NCBI RefSeq assembly: GCF_039541115.1
Contig: NZ_BAABFP010000002.1
Location: 496,001 to 560,000 of the forward strand
Direction: 5' to 3'
Source of the DNA: Angustibacter luteus
GTDB taxonomy: Bacteria; Actinomycetota; Actinomycetes; Actinomycetales; Angustibacteraceae
DNA: 64,000 nt
Below are positions 37,217 through 45,613 of this stretch, piece after piece (position 1 is the stretch's first letter; each line of letters begins with the position of its first letter). Both the position numbers and the translations under genes were made by a program. The notes below the pieces were generated by a model that saw nothing but the letters and a program-made list of their open reading frames with translations, did not search any database and was not told where the DNA came from.

Positions 37217-38620
37217 ATGAACGACCGACCGATGGGCTTCGGCCCGCCCGGACCTTCCGACCCGGACGACGGCGACGAGTCGGTCGGTGGGTCGTCGTCC
37301 GACCCGTTCTCCGAGCTCTTCGCCGGCGGCGACCCCGAGGCGATGGCCCGGGCGCTGCAGGCGGCCGGTGCCGGTGACGTGGACGCCGACCAGGTGCGGG
37401 CGATGATGGGCCAGGTCCAGAAGCTGCTCAGCACGCCCGGCGACGGCGGTCCGGTGAACTGGCAGCTCGCCGGTGACGTGGCCCGCCAGGTGGTCAGCGA
37501 GCACGGCGACGCCACCGTCGGCCAGGCCGAGCAGCGGGCCGTGGACGAGGCGCTGCGCCTCGCCGACACCTGGCTCACCGAGGCCACGACGCTGCCGGCG
37601 GCCGGGGCCCGCGGGCTGGCCTGGAGCAGCGCCGAGTGGGTCGAGGGCACCAAGCCGGTGTGGCGCCGCCTGGTCGAGCCCGTCGCCGAGAGCGTGGCCC
37701 GGGCCCTGTCCGACGCGCTCGCCAAGCAGATCCCGCCGGAGCTCGCCGGGCCGATGGCCGCGTCCGGCCCCGGCGGTCCGGGTGAGGCGATGATGCGCCA
37801 GATCGGCGGCTCGGTGTTCGGGCTGCAGGTCGGCCAGGCCATCGGCACGCTGGCCACCGAGGTGGTCAGCGGCACCGAGATCGGGCTGCCGCTCGTCGAG
37901 CCGGGGGTCGTCGTCCTGGTCCCGGCTGGGGTGGCCGCGTTCGGCGAGGGGCTGGACGTGCCCGCCGACGAGGTGCGGCTGTATCTGGCCGTGCGCGAGG
38001 CGGCCCGCTCGCGGCTGTTCGCGCACGTGCCGTGGCTGTCCGCGGCCCTGCTCGGCGACGTCGAGGCCTACGCCCGCGGCATCGCCATCGACACCGAGCG
38101 GATCGAGTCGGCCCTGCGCGAGACCGACCCGAGCGACGCGGAGTCCATGCAGCAGGCGCTGGCCAGCGGGCTGTTCGAGCCGGAGCGGACGCCGGCCCAG
38201 CAGGTCGCGCTGGACCGGCTCGAGACCTCATTGGCCCTGCTCGAGGGCTGGGTCGAGGTGGTGACCGACGCCGCGGCGAGCACGCTGCCGCACGCGGACG
38301 GGCTGCGCGAGACGGTCCGCCGCCGTCGGGCCATCGGCGGCCCCGCCGAGCAGACCTTCTCCGCGCTGGTCGGCCTCGAGCTGCGGCCGCGCCGGCTGCG
38401 CGACGCCGCCGCGCTGTGGCGGGTCATCGGCGACACCCAGGGCATCGAGGCCCGGGACGGCGTGTGGTCCCACCCCGACCTGATGCCGACGGCCGAGGAC
38501 CTGGACGACCCGCTGGGCTACGCCGAGCGGCGGGCGCAGGCGGACGCCGGGTCCGCCGCCGTCGACGCCGCCATCGAGCAGCTGCTGTCGGGCGAGTCCG
38601 GGCCCTCGGACCCGGCGTGA
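37217..38620 (+). CDS. Zinc-dependent metalloprotease-like protein (Zincin_2/DUF2342)
   Basis: GPVNW.LA, WVEGT..W, LYLAVREAAR.RLF.HVPWL, LE..LAL.EGWV, RRRA.GGPAEQTF..LVGLELRPR. Confidence 0.9.
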   Translation: MNDRPMGFGPPGPSDPDDGDESVGGSSSDPFSELFAGGDPEAMARALQAAGAGDVDADQVRAMMGQVQKLLSTPGDGGPVNWQLAGDVARQVVSEHGDATVGQAEQRAVDEALRLADTWLTEATTLPAAGARGLAWSSAEWVEGTKPVWRRLVEPVAESVARALSDALAKQIPPELAGPMAASGPGGPGEAMMRQIGGSVFGLQVGQAIGTLATEVVSGTEIGLPLVEPGVVVLVPAGVAAFGEGLDVPADEVRLYLAVREAARSRLFAHVPWLSAALLGDVEAYARGIAIDTERIESALRETDPSDAESMQQALASGLFEPERTPAQQVALDRLETSLALLEGWVEVVTDAAASTLPHADGLRETVRRRRAIGGPAEQTFSALVGLELRPRRLRDAAALWRVIGDTQGIEARDGVWSHPDLMPTAEDLDDPLGYAERRAQADAGSAAVDAAIEQLLSGESGPSDPA

Positions 38621-39282
38621 CGGAGCTGCTCGACGAGGCGGTCGCGCTGCTCACCGGCTGGCCGGCGCCCTCGGCCGAGCAGGACGCGCTGCGTGAGGGC
38701 TACCTGGCGCACCTGCGCGAGCACCCGGACGGCCTGTGGCGCGAGGGGCCGCCCGCGCACCTGACGGCCAGCTGCTTCGTGCTCGACCCCACCGGCACGC
38801 ACGCCCTGCTCACGCTGCACCGCAAGGGCGGCTTCTGGGTGCAGTTCGGCGGCCACCTCGAGCCCGGCGACGCCAGCCTCGCCGGCGCGGCGCTGCGCGA
38901 GGGCGTCGAGGAGTCCGGCGTGCCAGGGCTGCAGCTGGTCACCGCGCCCGGGCTGGCGCCGGTGGACCTGGACCGGCACGCCCTGTCCGCCGCCTTCGGC
39001 CGCTGCCGCGAGCACCTGGACGTCGCGTTCGTGGCGCTCGCCGCGCGGGACGACGAGCCCGTGGTCAGCGATGAGAGCGACGCCGTCGGGTGGTGGCCGG
39101 TGGACGCGCTGCCGGACACGGCGGTGGCCGACCTGCCGCGCCGGCTCGCTCGGGTTGCGCGGGCCGTCCGTCAGCTGGCGGGCTCGACCGACCTGTCCGC
39201 AGCGCTCTCGTCCGCGCCGTCGTCCGCGCCGTCGTCCTCGGACATCTCGGATCCCGCGGACGCGGCCACCCCCTCGAGGTAG
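38617..39282 (+). CDS. NUDIX hydrolase
   Basis: HLTAS, LH.K...W.Q.GGH.E..D, AALREGVEESG Nudix box, HLDV, S.ES. Confidence 0.9.
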   Translation: MTELLDEAVALLTGWPAPSAEQDALREGYLAHLREHPDGLWREGPPAHLTASCFVLDPTGTHALLTLHRKGGFWVQFGGHLEPGDASLAGAALREGVEESGVPGLQLVTAPGLAPVDLDRHALSAAFGRCREHLDVAFVALAARDDEPVVSDESDAVGWWPVDALPDTAVADLPRRLARVARAVRQLAGSTDLSAALSSAPSSAPSSSDISDPADAATPSR

Positions 39283-39743
39283 CCGCGGGCCCGCTCGGTG
39301 CGCGGGTAGGACTCGAGCAGCGCCCAGAAGTCCCGCCCGTGCCGTGGCTCGACCAGGTGCGCCAGCTCGTGCAGCAGCACGTAGTCGAGCACCCAGCCGG
39401 GCATGCCCTGCACCCGCGAGCTGATCCGGATCGTGCCGTCGGCGGGCGTGCAGGACCCCCAGCGCGAGGCCTGGTTCGAGACCCAGGCGACGGACGTGGG
39501 TCGGGCCTGCCCACCGAGGTAGCGCTGGGACAGCTCGCCGGCCCGACGGGCCAGCGCGGCGTCGGACGGCCGCCGACGACGGTCCTGCGCCTCGAGCCGC
39601 TGCACCATGGCAGCGACCCACTCGGCCTCCTCGGCGCGGGTGAACCGCTCGGGGATGAGCACGATGGTGCGACCGCCCTCGCGGTACGCGCTGACCGTGC
39701 GCCGACGACGGCGGCTGCGGCGGACCTCGACGTCGGCAGCCAT
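39171..39743 (-). CDS. M48/YgjP-like (DUF45) metallopeptidase
   Basis: VEVRRSRRRRRTV, RWGSCT, DYVLLHELAH (HExxH), H..FW. Confidence 0.92.
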   Translation of the reverse strand: MAADVEVRRSRRRRRTVSAYREGGRTIVLIPERFTRAEEAEWVAAMVQRLEAQDRRRRPSDAALARRAGELSQRYLGGQARPTSVAWVSNQASRWGSCTPADGTIRISSRVQGMPGWVLDYVLLHELAHLVEPRHGRDFWALLESYPRTERARGYLEGVAASAGSEMSEDDGADDGADESAADRSVEPAS

Positions 39744-39816
39744 GAGATCGACGGTACCCGCCGACCACGACAGCGACCCGTCTGACGCGCGGGCCGGCGC
39801 CCGGACGAACCGGCGG

Positions 39817-40476
39817 CTAGGAGCCGGCGGCCAGCCGCCGACGGATCATCTCGAGGTCCTCCTGCGGCAGCGCGTCGACGTCCAGCAGGCGCGGCAGCAG
39901 CTCCGGTTCCAGCGTGTACGCCCGGAAGCTGAGCTCGACGCTCACGTCGTGCGCGGGCCGGTCCAGCACCTCGACGACGTCCCCGGCGCTGATCTCGCCG
40001 GGCGTGACGACCCGTAGGTAGGCGCCGGGCACGGCCGCCTGGGTGAACCGCTTGATCCAGTGCTGCTCCCCCAGCCAACCCTGGAACGTGCCGCACGGGA
40101 TCCGTGGGCACGAGACCTCCAGGACGACGTCCGGGCCGATCCGCCACCGCTCGCCGATCAGCGCACCCGACACGTCGAGCCCCTCGGTGGTCAGGTTCTC
40201 GCCGAACGAGCCATCGGCCAGCGGCCGGCCGAGCTGGTCCTGCCAGGCGTCGAGGTCCTCCCGCGCGTAGGCGTACACGGCCTGGTCGTCCCCGCCGTGG
40301 TGCGCGACGTCGTACACCCGGTCGCCCGCCAGACCCACGGCCCCGGTGCCCTTGGGGCCCGGCGCCGCGACGGCGACCGGCCCCTCGACCGGGCGCTTGT
40401 CGATCCCGGTCGAGGCGATGCCCTTCCACGGGTTCGGACGTGCCTTGCCGACGTTCACGGACCGGACGCAAGCCAT
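39817..40476 (-). CDS. MOSC domain protein (YiiM-like)
   Basis: TGIDKRP, GD...HHGG.DQAVYAY, FGENLT, PRIPC, GAYLRV. Confidence 0.9.
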   Translation of the reverse strand: MACVRSVNVGKARPNPWKGIASTGIDKRPVEGPVAVAAPGPKGTGAVGLAGDRVYDVAHHGGDDQAVYAYAREDLDAWQDQLGRPLADGSFGENLTTEGLDVSGALIGERWRIGPDVVLEVSCPRIPCGTFQGWLGEQHWIKRFTQAAVPGAYLRVVTPGEISAGDVVEVLDRPAHDVSVELSFRAYTLEPELLPRLLDVDALPQEDLEMIRRRLAAGS

Positions 40477-40580
40477 CCCCCGACCCTACGGGACCACCCG
40501 ATCCAGGAACGAGTTTGTTTTCACAGGCTGGGGATAGCGAACGCGCAGGTCAGGGGCGGTTTTTGAGCGGCCGGATCCGG

Positions 40581-40657
40581 TTGTCCACAGCTCCGTCCCC
40601 CGGTCACCCACAAGGCCCTCGGGGGACGTCCACAGGTTGTCCCGAACCTCGTCCACA
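40581..40657 (+). repeat. Cluster of DnaA-box-like 9-mers
   Basis: TTGTCCACA (40581), TCACCCACA (40604), ACGTCCACA (40626), TCGTCCACA (40649); 22-23 bp period. Confidence 0.6.
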
Positions 40658-40675
40658 GGGGGCACGCCGACGGCG

Positions 40676-40705
40676 TTGACCTGCCGGTCCGGCCGGTCCT
40701 AGCGT
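40676..40705 (+). promoter_or_regulatory. Putative housekeeping-sigma promoter
   Basis: TTGACC-N18-TAGCGT. Confidence 0.6.
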
Positions 40706-40711
40706 GGGCGG

Positions 40712-40960
40712 TCACGAGACCCCCCGGGATAACCAGGCTGCCCCCGCGCACGGGGAAGGTGCGGGAGCCGTCGAGCGCGCCCTGGGGGGTCTCGAACTCT
40801 TGCGCCGAAGATTCGGCGCGTGCTCAACACGGGGTCCCCTCCACCATGCTGAGCACGACCTGGACTATGGTGAGGCCGCTCGGTGAGCACGAGGGCATCC
40901 GCCTTCCGAGGTTCGGCGTCAGCCCGAAGTGGGCGCCGGAACGCCGACCGCCACCGAGGA
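40712..40960 (+). ncRNA. Candidate structured RNA / long 5' leader of the DUF5679 gene
   Basis: Four stems found by eye: 40715-28/40781-94, 40802-40819, 40820-26/40850-56, 40879-85/40952-58; begins where the upstream promoter predicts a TSS. Confidence 0.45.
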
Positions 40961-40986
40961 CCACCCGAGACGACGAGGAGAGTCAC

Positions 40987-41145
40987 ATGGCCGACGAGAC
41001 CTGGAGCGGCGAGTTCTACTGCGTGAAGTGCAAGGAGAAGCGCGAGGCCGAGGGCCGTGTCGTCGAGACGAACGGCCGTCGCATGGCCAAGGGCGTGTGC
41101 CCCGTCTGCGGCACCAACCTGAACCGGATCCTCGGCAAGGCCTGA
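40987..41145 (+). CDS. DUF5679-like small zinc-ribbon protein (52 aa)
   Basis: MADETWSGEFYCVKCKEKR...MAKGVCPVCGTNLNRILGKA, two CxxC; GAGGAG SD. Confidence 0.85.
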   Translation: MADETWSGEFYCVKCKEKREAEGRVVETNGRRMAKGVCPVCGTNLNRILGKA

Positions 41146-41176
41146 GCCTCACCCGCAGGACACCGCACCACATCGC

Positions 41177-41209
41177 CGGAGGGCGGCCCGCACCGCGGGC
41201 CGCCCTCCG
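41177..41209 (+). terminator. Hairpin terminator after DUF5679 gene
   Basis: CGGAGGGCGGCCCGC-ACC-GCGGGCCGCCCTCCG, perfect 15-bp stem. Confidence 0.8.
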
Positions 41210-41298
41210 CTGTGTGTCAAGGCGGTCTGCTGCCGTCGCTGCGCGGGCCTGTGGACGACCGCCGCGGGGCGGGCCCGCGCCCTGCCAGGCTGGGCAGC

Positions 41299-42399
41299 GT
41301 GCAACGACCCCAGCTCCGACCCGGCCTGCGCCGGGTCTGGCGCGACGCCACGACGCTCCAGCTCGGGCTGTCCCCCGAGCACGGCACCGTGCTCACCGGG
41401 CTGCAGGACGGGGACGACGCGCTGATCGCCGCCCTGGACGGCGCGCACGACCTGGCGGACCTGCGGGCCATCGCCCGCGACCGCGCGGTCGCCGCGGCGC
41501 GGGTGGACGAGCTGGTCGCCACCCTGGTCAGCACCGGGGTGCTGGTCGACGCGGCGGCCGGCCCGTCCCGGCGTCCGGACCGCGCGCACCTCACCGCGCT
41601 CGGAGCACGCACCCAGGAGCGCCTGGTCGCGGACGCGGACGCCTGGTCGCTGTCCTACCCGGGAAGCCCGGACGGCGTGCGACTGCTCGCCGACCGGGCC
41701 GCCCGGGCGGTGCGGGTCGACGGAGCCGGCCGGTTCGGCGCCACCCTGGCGACCCTGCTGGCGGCGGCCGGAGTCGGCCGGGTCGACGCCGTCGACAACA
41801 CGCCGGTCACCGCGCAGGACGTCGGGCCGGGGGGCCACCGCCAGGTGGACGTCGGCCGCTCCCGGCGCGCCTCGGTGGCCGACGCGGTCCGCCGGGTGCG
41901 CGACCGGCCGCCCGCACCCGCCCAAGCCGGACGACGTCCGGACCTGGTCGTACTCGTGCGCGTCGACGCCGTCGACGTCCGGCTCGCGGACGAGCTGACC
42001 AGCCAGGACCAGGCCCACCTCGCCGTCGTGACCGGCGCTGACCGGATCAGCGTCGGGCCGCTGGTCGTTCCGGGGCACGGCCCCTGCCTGCGCTGCCTGG
42101 ACCTGCACCGGCGCGACCGCGACCCCGGCTGGCCGCACGTCGTCTCGCAGCTGGTCAGCGGCGCGGGGGCTTCGCGGGGCGCCGGCAGCGCCGAGACGGC
42201 GCTCACCTCGGTCGCCGCGGGGCTCGCCGCCCTGCAGGTCCTGGTCCACCTCGACGGGCAGGTGCCCGCCGCCGCGCGCGGTCGGACGCTGGACGTCGTG
42301 CTGCCTGACGGCACCGTCGAACGCCGCCGCTGGCGCGCTCATCCGGGCTGCGGCTGCGTGCGTCTGCCCAGCATGGGAGAGACTGGCTCTCGTGACTGA
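41299..42399 (+). CDS. ThiF/E1-like protein with N-terminal RRE-like domain (Rv3196-like)
   Basis: GAGRFG, VGPLV.PG..PCLRC, DP.WP, C-terminal HPGCGC; probable leaderless GTG. Confidence 0.8.
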   Translation: MQRPQLRPGLRRVWRDATTLQLGLSPEHGTVLTGLQDGDDALIAALDGAHDLADLRAIARDRAVAAARVDELVATLVSTGVLVDAAAGPSRRPDRAHLTALGARTQERLVADADAWSLSYPGSPDGVRLLADRAARAVRVDGAGRFGATLATLLAAAGVGRVDAVDNTPVTAQDVGPGGHRQVDVGRSRRASVADAVRRVRDRPPAPAQAGRRPDLVVLVRVDAVDVRLADELTSQDQAHLAVVTGADRISVGPLVVPGHGPCLRCLDLHRRDRDPGWPHVVSQLVSGAGASRGAGSAETALTSVAAGLAALQVLVHLDGQVPAAARGRTLDVVLPDGTVERRRWRAHPGCGCVRLPSMGETGSRD

Positions 42400-43717
42400 G
42401 CTGCCGCGCAAGGCCGTGACCCGGACGGCGAAGCTGGCCACCCTGCCCCTGGGGTTCGCCGGCCGCACCGCGCTGGGCTTCGGGCGACGCGTCGGCGGCC
42501 GCCCGGCGGAGCTGGTGGCCGCCGAGGTGCAGGCCCGCACCGCCGAGCAGCTGTTCAAGGTGCTCGGCGAGCTCAAGGGCGGCGCCATGAAGTTCGGCCA
42601 GGCCATGAGCATCTTCGAGGCGGCCCTGCCCGAGGAGATCGCCGGCCCGTACCGGGCGACCCTCACCAAGCTGCAGGACGCCGCCCCGCCGATGCCCGCC
42701 AAGACCGTGCACGCCGTGCTGGCCGCCGAGCTCGGCACCCAGTGGCGCCGCAAGTTCCGGTCCTTCGACGACGTCCCGGCCGCCGCCGCCTCGATCGGCC
42801 AGGTGCACCGCGCGGTGTGGAAGGACGGCCGCGAGGTCGCGGTGAAGGTGCAGTACCCGGGCGCGGGCCAGGCGCTGCTGTCCGACCTCGCCCAGGTGTC
42901 CCGAGTCGCGCGGGTGTCCGCCGGCTGGATCCCCGGCATCGACATCAAGCCGATCATGGAGGAGCTGCAGCGGCGAGCCCGCGAGGAGCTGGACTACACC
43001 CTCGAGGCGGAGGCCCAGAGCGGCTTCCACGAGGCCTTCGACGGCGACCCGGACTTCGCGATCCCGGCGGTCGTCACCCACGCCGAGCACGTCATCGTCT
43101 CGGAGTGGCTGGACGGCACGCCGCTGTCACGGATCATCGCCGACGGCTCACCGCAGGAGCGGGACCGGGTGGCCGGGCTCTACCTGGAGTTCCTGCTCGC
43201 CGGCCCGCAGCGCGCCGGGCTGCTGCACGCCGACCCGCACCCCGGCAACTTCCGGCTCACCCCCGACGGGCGGCTCGGCGTGCTGGACTACGGCGCGGTG
43301 AACCGGCTGCCCGACGGACTGCCGGAGCACATGGGACGGCTGCTCGCCCGCGCCCTGGCCGGGGACGACGAGGCCGTGGTGGCGGGGCTGCGCGAGGACG
43401 GCTTCATCAAGCCGTCGATCGCGGTGGACGGGCCCGTGCTGCTGACCTACCTCGAGCCGTTCCTGGAGCCGGCCCGCGGCGAGACCTTCCGGTTCACCCG
43501 CAAGTTCCTGCGCGACCTGTTCGGTCACATCAACGACCCCCGGCGCCCGCAGTGGGGGGTCGGCCTCAAGCTGAACCTGCCGCCGCAGTACCTGCTCATC
43601 CACCGGGTGTGGCTCGGCGGGATCGGGGTGCTCTGCCAGATCGAGGGCGAGGTATCCGCCCGGGCCGTGCTGAGCAAGCACCTGCCCGGGTTCGCCGACG
43701 ACCCCGACCTGGACTAG
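42392..43717 (+). CDS. ABC1/AarF/UbiB family atypical kinase
   Basis: LKGGAMKFGQ, AAASIGQVH, VAVKVQYPG, EELDY, HADPHPGN, DYG. Confidence 0.95.
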   Translation: MTELPRKAVTRTAKLATLPLGFAGRTALGFGRRVGGRPAELVAAEVQARTAEQLFKVLGELKGGAMKFGQAMSIFEAALPEEIAGPYRATLTKLQDAAPPMPAKTVHAVLAAELGTQWRRKFRSFDDVPAAAASIGQVHRAVWKDGREVAVKVQYPGAGQALLSDLAQVSRVARVSAGWIPGIDIKPIMEELQRRAREELDYTLEAEAQSGFHEAFDGDPDFAIPAVVTHAEHVIVSEWLDGTPLSRIIADGSPQERDRVAGLYLEFLLAGPQRAGLLHADPHPGNFRLTPDGRLGVLDYGAVNRLPDGLPEHMGRLLARALAGDDEAVVAGLREDGFIKPSIAVDGPVLLTYLEPFLEPARGETFRFTRKFLRDLFGHINDPRRPQWGVGLKLNLPPQYLLIHRVWLGGIGVLCQIEGEVSARAVLSKHLPGFADDPDLD

Positions 43718-43726
43718 CTGGCTACC

Positions 43727-43933
43727 TCACCACCAGGTGCTGTCCAGCTTCGCCTCGATGCTGCGCAGGTTCGCCCGGGAGCAGCGGTCGCAGATCCAGG
43801 TCGTCTCGCCGCGCTCCAGGCCCGTCGTCCAGGTGAGCCTCCAGGTGCCGTCGTCCGGCGCGGTGGCCCCACAGTTCGTGCATGCGACGGTCGCAGTGAC
43901 CGTTCCTGCCGGTGTCGCGCTGTTGCCGTCCAT
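43727..43933 (-). CDS. Small conserved CxxC/CxxC protein (Rv3196A-like)
   Basis: CTNC...W...W.CDRCSRANLRSIEAKLD..WW; TAGCGT -10 just upstream. Confidence 0.75.
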   Translation of the reverse strand: MDGNSATPAGTVTATVACTNCGATAPDDGTWRLTWTTGLERGETTWICDRCSRANLRSIEAKLDSTWW

Positions 43934-43998
43934 GTCACTCGACGCTACGCCTGCTGCGGTCACAACGAGGTCACTTCCGTGTGAAGCCTCAGGTGTGT

Positions 43999-45510
43999 CT
44001 AGGTGCGTCGAGATGGGTCCAGGTAGACGAAACCCGGCCCCTCGTCCCGGTACGGCACGCCGAGACCGTCCAGCGCGGACCGCCACGAACCCGTGCACGA
44101 CGGGTCTGCACCCTCGAAGCCGTGGTCCGCGGTCAGGGCGATCGTCACGTCGTCCAGCATCCCGAGGCCGTCCAGGTGGTCGAGGAACGCCACGAGCCGA
44201 GAGTCACTGTCCCGCAACGCATCCCGGGCGATCGCCGAGCGCGGCCCGCCCGCGTGGTGACCGGCGTCCGTGACCACGTTGGCCCACCACAGCAGGTCCG
44301 GCGCCGCCGCCGGGGAGTCCCACAGCTGCAGCACCTGTTGCAGCCCCAGGTCGTCGACCTGCGAGCCCCAGTGGAAGGTGCCGTCCTTCAGGTGCTCGAG
44401 CTCGCCGACGAACCGCGACGCGAACGGGTCGGGCAGCAACGAGTCGAGGTCGCCGGAGCCCATGGACGAGCCGCTGGCCCGGATCACCCCCATGGTCGAG
44501 TAGTCGGCGCCGCGGTCGATCGCCTCGTCGACACTCGCCGTCCGCGGCGACCCGTCGATCCGCGCCGGCACGTTGTCGTGCACCATCTCGAAGACCGTCC
44601 GGACGCCTGGCCGCAGCCACTCCCCGCTGCGGTGCCACGTCGTCGCGTCGTTCGGCACGACCTGCTCGCCGGTCGCCCGGTCGAAGAACACGTTGCCCAG
44701 CACGCCGTGCCGGCCCGGCCCGACGCCGGTCAGGATCGAGGTGTGGTTCGTCAGCGTGATGCTGGGGAAGTGCGCCAGGGCCCCACCACGCAGCGCGGTA
44801 CCCCGAGAGATCAGCCGGGCGACGCCGGGCAGCTCCCCGGACTCGGCCAGGTGCAGCAGGTCACCGCAGTGCGCGCCGTCCCAGAGGATGCCGATCACCT
44901 TGCGCCGGCCGGGCCGCACCAGGTGGGTCAGTGCGGCGCCGTCCAGGCCGTGGCCGTGCGCGTCCAGCAGGTCGGCGAGCGGCACCCCAGCCGCGGCCGC
45001 GAGGGTCGGCCCGACGTCCACCAGCCAGGCGTGCTCGTCGAGGTAGCCCTGCCGCTCGACCCCGGCGCCGGACACCACCAGCGGCGCGCGCGACTGGATG
45101 ACGTCGAGCGATCCGTGCTCGCCCGGGTGGCCGCCCTCGTCGACGAACCAGTGCCGGGGCGTGTGCACGACGGCCAGGTCCGGGCTGCGGTCGGGATCGG
45201 CGAACAGCGAGACGAGGCGCCGGTACGCGAACGGGTAGGCGTTGCGCTCGTTGGGCGGCGACGGGTCGGCGAGCTCGCGCTCGTACGGCAGGAAGGCCAT
45301 CGGGTCCTCGTTGGCGACCGGGTCAGCACCACGGAGGACCTCGTGCCGGCCGTCGGCGTGCAACCGGACCCGGCCGCGGTGGTTGGCGACCAGCGCCGTC
45401 CGGTCGGACCCTTCCCCCTCGCACCAGACCACCAGGTCGACGGCGTTCGCGAGCTCGGGACCGGTCAGGGCGGCCACCGCGCGCTCGCGCAGGTCTGGGT
45501 CCGAGGTCAC
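43999..45510 (-). CDS. Alkaline phosphatase superfamily / nucleotide pyrophosphatase-phosphodiesterase, circularly permuted
   Basis: WDG, FPSITLTNHTSILTG, D..HH, TADHG, plus N-terminal GEHG...APL...DVGPT; leaderless GTG 7 nt after TAGGGT. Confidence 0.85.
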   Translation of the reverse strand: MTSDPDLRERAVAALTGPELANAVDLVVWCEGEGSDRTALVANHRGRVRLHADGRHEVLRGADPVANEDPMAFLPYERELADPSPPNERNAYPFAYRRLVSLFADPDRSPDLAVVHTPRHWFVDEGGHPGEHGSLDVIQSRAPLVVSGAGVERQGYLDEHAWLVDVGPTLAAAAGVPLADLLDAHGHGLDGAALTHLVRPGRRKVIGILWDGAHCGDLLHLAESGELPGVARLISRGTALRGGALAHFPSITLTNHTSILTGVGPGRHGVLGNVFFDRATGEQVVPNDATTWHRSGEWLRPGVRTVFEMVHDNVPARIDGSPRTASVDEAIDRGADYSTMGVIRASGSSMGSGDLDSLLPDPFASRFVGELEHLKDGTFHWGSQVDDLGLQQVLQLWDSPAAAPDLLWWANVVTDAGHHAGGPRSAIARDALRDSDSRLVAFLDHLDGLGMLDDVTIALTADHGFEGADPSCTGSWRSALDGLGVPYRDEGPGFVYLDPSRRT

Positions 45511-45527
45511 GCTCGGAACCCTAGGAC

Positions 45528-45561
45528 GACGGGGGTGCCGCCTGGTGGCGACACCCCCGTC
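45528..45561 (-). terminator. Hairpin terminator downstream of whiB7 operon
   Basis: GACGGGGGTG...CACCCCCGTC stem with inner CGCC/GGCG. Confidence 0.65.
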
Positions 45562-45613
45562 GGGTGGTGCTGGGTCGTGCATCGTCGAGCACGATCGAGC
45601 ACGGTCGAGCTGG

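Noticed and set aside
40581..40657. Replication origin (oriC) or CRISPR array
   Set aside because: No dnaA/dnaN or AT-rich unwinding element; repeats are 9-mers, too short and degenerate for CRISPR, and there are no cas genes
41299..42399. TOMM/thiazole RiPP biosynthetic cluster
   Set aside because: No YcaO, dehydrogenase, transporter or Ser/Thr/Cys-rich precursor; the gene belongs to a conserved core block
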